Shown here: in pieces, positions 7,688 to 12,844 of the stretch | Layout: each line of letters opens with the position of its first letter | Position numbering within the stretch: the first letter of the stretch is position 1 | Assembly: GCA_043779265.1 (NCBI GenBank) | Contig: JAYWEM010000037.1 | Location: 1 to 12,844, forward strand | From: a bacterium | GTDB taxonomy: Bacteria > Eisenbacteria > RBG-16-71-46 | Direction of reading: 5' to 3' | DNA length: 12,844 nt | Translations under genes and position numbers: made by a program | The notes under the pieces: generated by a model | Databases searched by the model: none | What the model was told of the DNA's origin: nothing | Seen by the model: the letters and a program-made list of their open reading frames with translations, nothing else

Positions 7688-9430
7688 ATGCAGATCGGTT
7701 CCCGTCCCGGTGACGCTTCGGCGTCGGCGGAGACACGCACCCAGAGCGACGCAGCGGTCAAAGCCGTCGGCACGTGGGTCGCCCAGTTCGGGCGCACGCT
7801 CAAGACGTGCCGACTCTACGACGCCTCGAATCCGACCGTCGTGAAGTTCCGCGACGAGCTCTTCGGCGCGCTTCAGCGGCTGCTCGGGGAGTTCGGATCA
7901 TTCACCGTGCGCTTCCTCTCGGACGACGTCACCTGCGACGGTGTCTCGCTGCATCCCGCCCGCACCCGCGAGGACAACCTCGCGTTCACCTTCCATCGCG
8001 ACGGCGTGCGCGGCCTGACGTTCGAGAGCGGCGTGACGCCGGGCGAGCTCGAGCGCATCGTCGACTCGGTCCTCGCCGTGAGTGGGCAGAATCCCGATGG
8101 CGACGACCTCGTCACGCTGCTCTGGGAAGGCAACCTGCGGCACGTCTTCATCGACTACATCCCGGCCGAGGGTGACCTGGGTGGCGCCGAGGCACCGGAG
8201 GCGAGCGACGATCCGACAGCGGCGCTGATCCCGTGGCCGACCGAGGCGCCGATCCACGCCGAGGAGGTCGGAGAGGATGTCCATCCCACCGGGCTCGATC
8301 ATGAGGAGCGCTCGGAGGACTGGATCCTGGGCGACCTGACGATCGAGGTCGAAGCCACCTTTGCCGAGCTCGACGCCCTGGCGCCGGCGGAAGTGGACCG
8401 GTTCTGCCGCGAGTACACGGCCGAGCACGCGGTGCCCTCGGCGGCAGCGGCGATCGCGATCGTGAACGCCTGCCTGCACGCGACGGCGACGAGCGAGGAC
8501 CGCGCGGAGATGGTGCAGTTCATCCCCCGCATCCTGCGCTCCGCGATGGCCTCCGGGCGCTGGGCGGATGCCTCGGATGCCCTGCGACTCCTCCGAGAGA
8601 CCGGCGGGGGGAGTTGGTCCGACGAGAGTTTCGTGCAGGAGTTGTTGCAGCCCGTGTCGATCGCCCGCGCCGTCGAGAAGCTCGACCGTCAGGAGATGCA
8701 CCAGATCGCCGAGTGCCTGGCGCTCTCCAGGGAGATGGGTGACTTCGGCCTCGATTGGATCGCGATGCTCCTGTGCGACAGTCAGAAGCAGGAGGCGCGC
8801 ATCGCTTTCGCCGAATCGATCGCCCAGCGCTGTCATTCGAATCCGGAGCGGCTCGCTCCCTGGATGTCGGATCCCCGTTGGTATGTGGTCCGCAACATCG
8901 TCACGATCCTCGGCTGGATCGGCGGCCCCCCGGTGGCCGGGTTGCTGCAGACGGCGCTGCGCCACTCCGACCATCGAGTCCATGCCGCGGTCGTCAGTGC
9001 GCTCCAGCACATCGAGCTGCAGCATGCGCGCCCGGTGTTGATCCGCGCCCTGGAGACCGCGGACAGCAAGATGTTCGCCTCGATCCTGAACCAGCTTTCG
9101 GGCGCCCGCGATGCCGCGACCGCACGGTTCGTGATGGCGTTCGTCCAGCAGGAGCGCTTCTTCGAGCGCCCCGATGACGAGCGCCGCGCCATCTACGCCG
9201 CGATCGCCTCGATCGGGGGGGACGAGATCCTCTCGGAACTGGAGCAGGAACTGCTCAAGGGCAACTGGCTCGATCGCGATCAGGAGATCCACCGTCACGC
9301 CATCGCCCGCTGCCTCGTCATGATCGGCACACCCTTCGCGTTGACCGTGTTGCACCGAGGTGTCGCATCCAAGCGCGAGCCGGTGCGACAGGCCTGCATG
9401 AGCGCGCTCGCCATCTCGGAGGCCGCGTGA
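7688..9430 (+). CDS. HEAT-repeat domain protein with N-terminal domain shared with the downstream HD-GYP protein (580 aa)
   Basis: SD GGAGGAG. HEAT/PBS-like repeats DPRWYVVRNIVTILGWIG, HSDHRVHAAVVSAL, SKREPVRQACMSAL. Acidic linker around residues 160-230. Confidence 0.88.
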   Translation: MQIGSRPGDASASAETRTQSDAAVKAVGTWVAQFGRTLKTCRLYDASNPTVVKFRDELFGALQRLLGEFGSFTVRFLSDDVTCDGVSLHPARTREDNLAFTFHRDGVRGLTFESGVTPGELERIVDSVLAVSGQNPDGDDLVTLLWEGNLRHVFIDYIPAEGDLGGAEAPEASDDPTAALIPWPTEAPIHAEEVGEDVHPTGLDHEERSEDWILGDLTIEVEATFAELDALAPAEVDRFCREYTAEHAVPSAAAAIAIVNACLHATATSEDRAEMVQFIPRILRSAMASGRWADASDALRLLRETGGGSWSDESFVQELLQPVSIARAVEKLDRQEMHQIAECLALSREMGDFGLDWIAMLLCDSQKQEARIAFAESIAQRCHSNPERLAPWMSDPRWYVVRNIVTILGWIGGPPVAGLLQTALRHSDHRVHAAVVSALQHIELQHARPVLIRALETADSKMFASILNQLSGARDAATARFVMAFVQQERFFERPDDERRAIYAAIASIGGDEILSELEQELLKGNWLDRDQEIHRHAIARCLVMIGTPFALTVLHRGVASKREPVRQACMSALAISEAA

Positions 9431-10872
9431 GCACCCACGCCGGGGATTCCGAGGACCGCGATCTCACCACGTTCGGTGGACCGCTGCTGCTCCGCCTGAT
9501 CGCCCTGCTGCGCACGGCGCGCACCTACGATGTGTCCAATCAGGCATTCCAGCGTCAGATGACGGAGTTCATGACGCTCGTGAACGAGGTGCTGCAGGAC
9601 GAGGATGAGATCGGGCTGGTCGTGGTGGCCGATTACCTCTACCTGAATGGCGTTCGCATCAAGGCGACGTCGCAGAATCTCGGCGCGTACCACGCCCTGA
9701 TGTCCGAGTTCGAGCGCCGCCAGATCGGCGGGCTGCGATTCCTGCCGGGGATCCACGAGGCCGAGGTCGAGCGTTTCTTCCAGGTGTTCCTCGCCGCCGA
9801 TGACGCCTCGCTCGCGGGCCGCTTGCCGGAACTGGTGGCGGAAGCCGCCATCGAGCACATCATCGCGGTCGAGTCGTCCGAACTCGAGGCCGAGGACATC
9901 GGCCGCGACCTGAGCGATGCCTCGAAGAACCCCCATGCTGCGCGCGGCCGCGCCAAGCGCGTCTTCTGGCGCGCCGTGGCCGGTGCCAAGCGCATCGTGC
10001 TGCGGGCGCGGCACACCGGACGTCCGGATCTGCGCCACGCCAAGCGCCTCGTCCAGCCGATCGTCGATAGCGTCATGAAGCAGGACTACTCGATCGTCGG
10101 GCTCACGGCGCTCAAGGATCACGATGAGTACACGTACGCGCACTGCGTCAATGTCTCGGTGCTCTCGATCGGAATGGCGCAGACGCTGGGGCTCGGTCGC
10201 CAGGCACTCGCCGACATCGGCGTGGCGGGGCTGCTGCACGATCTCGGCAAGATGAGCGTGCCGGGCGAGGTGCTGCGCAAGCCGGGGGCGTTGGACGCCA
10301 ACGAATGGGTGCTGATGCGGCGACACCCGATCGAGGGCGCGCGCATGCTGGCGAGGCTGCCGGGTCTCTCCGGCGTGATGATCGACTCCATGCGTGCCTG
10401 CCTCGAACACCACATGAACTACAACCAGACGGGCTATCCCGACTTCGACATCGAATGGGGTCAGGCGACCGTCTCGCGCATCGTGGCGATGGCCGACTGC
10501 TTCGATGCCATCACCGCGCACCGCGCGTACCACAAGCGGGCCCGCACTGCGTTCGAGGCGCTGCAGATCCTGCTCGGACCCAATCGCACCAACTTCGATC
10601 CCGCTGTGCTGTGGGCGCTGGTTCGCACCGTCGGCCTCTATCCGGCGGGCTCCGTGATCCAGACTCAGAGCGGCTTCGTGGCCGTGGTGATGAGCCCCAA
10701 TCCCAAGGACCCGACCCGGCCGTTCGCCCGCGTGCTGGTGCGCCCCGACGGATCGCAGCCGAGCGATGACGCGCCCGAGCTATGGGACCCGATGCCCGAG
10801 ACCGAGTATGTCGTGCGCGTGCTGACGCCCGAGGACACGTCGATCAAGCCGCAGGAAGTGCTCGCCGCCTGA
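9427..10872 (+). CDS. HD-GYP domain protein, putative cyclic di-GMP (cyclic dinucleotide) phosphodiesterase (481 aa)
   Basis: GTG start overlapping the upstream stop (GTGA). Motifs DEYTYAHCVNV, GLLHDLGK, RRHPIEG, EHHMNYNQTGYP, ADCFDAIT-HRAY, FDP, GLYPAGS. Confidence 0.92.
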   Translation: MSTHAGDSEDRDLTTFGGPLLLRLIALLRTARTYDVSNQAFQRQMTEFMTLVNEVLQDEDEIGLVVVADYLYLNGVRIKATSQNLGAYHALMSEFERRQIGGLRFLPGIHEAEVERFFQVFLAADDASLAGRLPELVAEAAIEHIIAVESSELEAEDIGRDLSDASKNPHAARGRAKRVFWRAVAGAKRIVLRARHTGRPDLRHAKRLVQPIVDSVMKQDYSIVGLTALKDHDEYTYAHCVNVSVLSIGMAQTLGLGRQALADIGVAGLLHDLGKMSVPGEVLRKPGALDANEWVLMRRHPIEGARMLARLPGLSGVMIDSMRACLEHHMNYNQTGYPDFDIEWGQATVSRIVAMADCFDAITAHRAYHKRARTAFEALQILLGPNRTNFDPAVLWALVRTVGLYPAGSVIQTQSGFVAVVMSPNPKDPTRPFARVLVRPDGSQPSDDAPELWDPMPETEYVVRVLTPEDTSIKPQEVLAA

Positions 10873-10896
10873 GCGCTGGGACTCGATCGGAAGCGA

Positions 10897-10926
10897 AGAG
10901 GGCGGTGCCTCTCGGCACCGCCCTCT
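10897..10926. terminator. Hairpin terminator between convergent genes, better fitting the minus strand
   Basis: Perfect 13 bp stem AGAGGGCGGTGCC / GGCACCGCCCTCT with a 4 nt loop (GAGA, a GNRA tetraloop, on the minus strand), followed on the minus strand by a weak T-containing tail (TCGCTT). Confidence 0.75.
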
Positions 10927-11027
10927 CGCATGCAGTGGGGTCCGCCGTGCGAGCCTGGACGCTCCCCGAGTTCCAGCTCCACCGCCGCGTCCCCACCTCG
11001 GGCCTCGCTCGAAGCGAGGTCAGTCGT

Positions 11028-11531
11028 TCAGTCGTCCCACTCCCGCCAGTCGTCGCTCGTCCGCTCCCAGTTGCCGCGGTGCCAGCGCAGGGTCTTGACG
11101 CACTCGTCGTGTCGCGAGTCGATCACCTGGATGATGCGCGGGTGACGGTGATCGCGGCTCGACATGCGGCACTCATCGAGGTTGTCGTACCAGTTCTCGC
11201 AGTACGGATCGTAGTAGCGATGCCGTGACTCACGGACCACGACGCGTTCGCGCACGACGATCGGCTCGCTGCGGGCGTTTCCGATCGCGGAACCGAGGAT
11301 GATGCCGCCCAGGACGCCGGCGAGCACCGGACCCGCGCCGGAGTGATGCGAGTGCGAGACGCGATAGTGGCTGCGCTGGACCTGATGCGGAGTGGAGTAT
11401 GACTTGCCCTTGTAGCGGCGGTTCCGGTGCTTGTCGTTCCCAGCGTGTGCCAGTGGCGCGATCGAGAGCATCGCCGTGGCCGCGAGCATTCCGATCGCAA
11501 CCGATCGGGTCATTCGAGTCGAGAAGTTCAT
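11028..11531 (-). CDS. Secreted His/Arg-rich glycine-zipper hypothetical protein (167 aa)
   Basis: SD GGAGGA 7 nt upstream. Signal peptide ending APLAHA, basic His-rich stretch, glycine zipper GPVLAGVLGGIILGSAIG, C-terminal domain YYDPYC...EC...EC with several Trp. Confidence 0.8.
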   Translation of the reverse strand: MNFSTRMTRSVAIGMLAATAMLSIAPLAHAGNDKHRNRRYKGKSYSTPHQVQRSHYRVSHSHHSGAGPVLAGVLGGIILGSAIGNARSEPIVVRERVVVRESRHRYYDPYCENWYDNLDECRMSSRDHRHPRIIQVIDSRHDECVKTLRWHRGNWERTSDDWREWDD

Positions 11532-11579
11532 GGCGGGTTCCTCCGGATCAAGGGTCTGCTGTGTTCACCGGAGGACTAC

Positions 11580-11596
11580 TGCAGGGTGCGTGCCAG
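11580..11596 (-). promoter_or_regulatory. Sigma54 (-24/-12) promoter for the glycine-zipper gene
   Basis: Minus strand CTGGCACGCACCCTGCA = TGGCACG-N4-CTGC with exact GG-N10-GC spacing, about 50 nt upstream of the ATG. A CAA-N4-TTG IHF-like core lies at 11629-11638. Confidence 0.7.
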
Positions 11597-11637
11597 AGTC
11601 GGGCTGCGCTCGCGACAGCTTTGCGGCACAAGCGTTT

Positions 11638-11670
11638 GCGGGCGGCACGCCGTTTCGGCGAACCGCCCGC
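11638..11670. other. GC-rich hairpin downstream of the cupredoxin gene (possible terminator or stabiliser)
   Basis: GCGGGCGG (11638-11645) pairs with CCGCCCGC (11663-11670); inner CGCCG-TTT-CGGCG. Confidence 0.45.
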
Positions 11671-11727
11671 AGGACTGGTGTGGCGTGGCGCGCGCGCCAC
11701 AGGGCGCGCCTCGCGCGCCACGACTCG

Positions 11728-12117
11728 TCAGGGATACGTCACGGTGTGATTCGTGAGCCCGCTCACGTTCACCCAGCGAACGGAGCCGCCGGGTTTGATC
11801 GTGACCACGGACGGGTTGAATAGCAGTCCGCCCGAGCCGACGTTGACGAGGGCGCTGTCCACCATCGAAGCCGCAGCCACGCTCACGCGGCCGGTCATCC
11901 CGGATCCGCCGTGCGGGCTGCAGCGGTAGTCATACGTGCCGGCATCCGCGAACACCTGCGTGCGCGAGGCGCCCTGCGCCGGGAACGAGAACGCGATCGT
12001 CAGGCCGCCGCCCGGTGTCGTGGGGCCGCCGCCGCCGCTCGAGCCGCAGCCCAGTATCAGTGAGAACGACAGCGCGAAGAGCGCGAGAACCGCGAGGATG
12101 ATGAGACGAGTGCGCAT
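11728..12117 (-). CDS. Plastocyanin/azurin-family (cupredoxin) blue copper lipoprotein, circularly permuted (129 aa)
   Basis: Lipobox ILGC (Cys24) plus Gly/Pro linker. Type-1 copper loop GTYDYRC66-SP-H69-GGSG-M74-TGRVSV comes first; the usual N-terminal strands FNPSVVTIKPGGSVRWVN...NH124TV come last. Confidence 0.9.
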   Translation of the reverse strand: MRTRLIILAVLALFALSFSLILGCGSSGGGGPTTPGGGLTIAFSFPAQGASRTQVFADAGTYDYRCSPHGGSGMTGRVSVAAASMVDSALVNVGSGGLLFNPSVVTIKPGGSVRWVNVSGLTNHTVTYP

Positions 12118-12174
12118 GGCGGACTCCGAGGCCGGAGGGGGCGGCGCCCGCCCTGCCAGGGCGGGATGACCTGA

Positions 12175-12204
12175 AGACTACTCGCGGCGGCCCCACGCTG
12201 TGAC
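12175..12204 (-). promoter_or_regulatory. Putative sigma70 promoter for the cupredoxin gene
   Basis: Minus strand GTCACA - 18 nt - TAGTCT, about 58 nt upstream of the ATG. Confidence 0.35.
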
Positions 12205-12284
12205 CCGAACTTCGCGATGCGCGCGTTCGAGCGACACTTCAGTTCGGCAGTGGAGAACACCGGGAGCGCCTGGGCGCCGCGAGG

Positions 12285-12800
12285 TCAGACGGGTGGGGCG
12301 GTGAGGCAGGAGAGGCCGCAGGTGGAGCACTCGCCACTCGTCTCGCACGAGCGGTGGTAGTCATCGAAGCGCTCGCGGAACATGAGCTTCAAGTCGCCGT
12401 CCTCATCGAGCAGCTTGAGCAGATCGACGAGGCGCTCGGTGGTCGTGTCGCTGATGTCGTGTTCGATCAGGCAGGCCTCATGCTCGGCGATGCCCTCGGG
12501 CACACGCAGCACGCGCGAGAGGAACGTCCGCAGCACCTCGTGACGGTGGTGCACCTCGCGGGCGAGGCGCTCGCCTTCGGCGGTCAGGACGAGGAATCGG
12601 GCCTCGTCGTGGGTCACGAGCCCTCGCTTCTCGAGCGGACGCAGCCCCACCGACAACGTCGCCAGGGCGATCTCGAGCGCGCGGGCCACGTCGGTCAGAC
12701 GCGCATAGCCTCGCCGGTTGCGCACTTCCCAGATGGCGCGCAGGTAGTGCTCATGGCTCGGAGTGAGATCGCGCGATAGCGCCTGCTTGCCGGACAGCAT
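12285..12800 (-). CDS. DtxR/MntR family metal-dependent transcriptional regulator with Cys-rich C-terminal tail (171 aa)
   Basis: SD GGAGGAG upstream. wHTH (LTPSHEHYLRAI...ARLTDVARAL...LEKRGLV...LTAEG), dimerisation/metal domain (RHEVLRTFL, EACLIEH), no SH3/FeoA domain, tail CETSGECSTCGLSC. Confidence 0.93.
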   Translation of the reverse strand: MLSGKQALSRDLTPSHEHYLRAIWEVRNRRGYARLTDVARALEIALATLSVGLRPLEKRGLVTHDEARFLVLTAEGERLAREVHHRHEVLRTFLSRVLRVPEGIAEHEACLIEHDISDTTTERLVDLLKLLDEDGDLKLMFRERFDDYHRSCETSGECSTCGLSCLTAPPV

Positions 12801-12844
12801 CGATGGACTCCTCCAGATGAGGTGCAGACGACGATGGGCGGCAG

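Noticed and set aside
1312..10533. Long antisense ORFs (1312-2517, 3620-4546, 5415-6284, 7898-9355, 9295-10533) and other alternate-frame ORFs
   Set aside because: Shadow ORFs expected from high-GC codon bias; they overlap well-supported genes and show no recognisable motifs.
12241..12259. GTTC-N9-GAAC imperfect palindrome as a MntR/DtxR box
   Set aside because: Only 4 bp arms, with a mismatched interior; cannot be told from chance without other sites.
1..12844. CRISPR arrays, tRNA/rRNA, IS elements, integrases, riboswitches, tandem repeat arrays
   Set aside because: No regularly spaced direct repeats, cloverleafs, transposase/integrase motifs or recognisable aptamer cores seen by eye; intergenic gaps are all 270 nt or less.

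Overview
High-GC bacterial chromosomal window with 11 complete CDSs and no rRNA, tRNA, CRISPR or mobile element. Gene style suggests a diderm environmental lineage such as Ca. Eisenbacteria or an Acidobacteria/Gemmatimonadota-like organism; this is an impression only. In order: (1) a membrane-anchored Hanks-type Ser/Thr kinase with a C-terminal TPR array; (2) a convergent small beta-rich protein ending in a DP-EP-like self-cleavage motif (SDPRIIN); (3) a secreted hypothetical protein; (4-5) an ABC-2 type ATPase and a double-domain permease; (6) an apparently leaderless GNAT acetyltransferase; (7-8) a translationally coupled HEAT-repeat protein / HD-GYP phosphodiesterase pair that share a homologous N-terminal domain and sit behind a sigma28-like promoter; (9) a secreted His/Arg-rich glycine-zipper protein behind a sigma54 promoter; (10) a lipoprotein cupredoxin whose plastocyanin-like halves are in circularly permuted order; (11) a DtxR/MntR-family regulator with a four-cysteine tail. 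The most notable items are the permuted blue-copper lipoprotein, the kinase-TPR / DP-EP-like pair (possible receptor plus self-processed peptide), and the HEAT/HD-GYP module.
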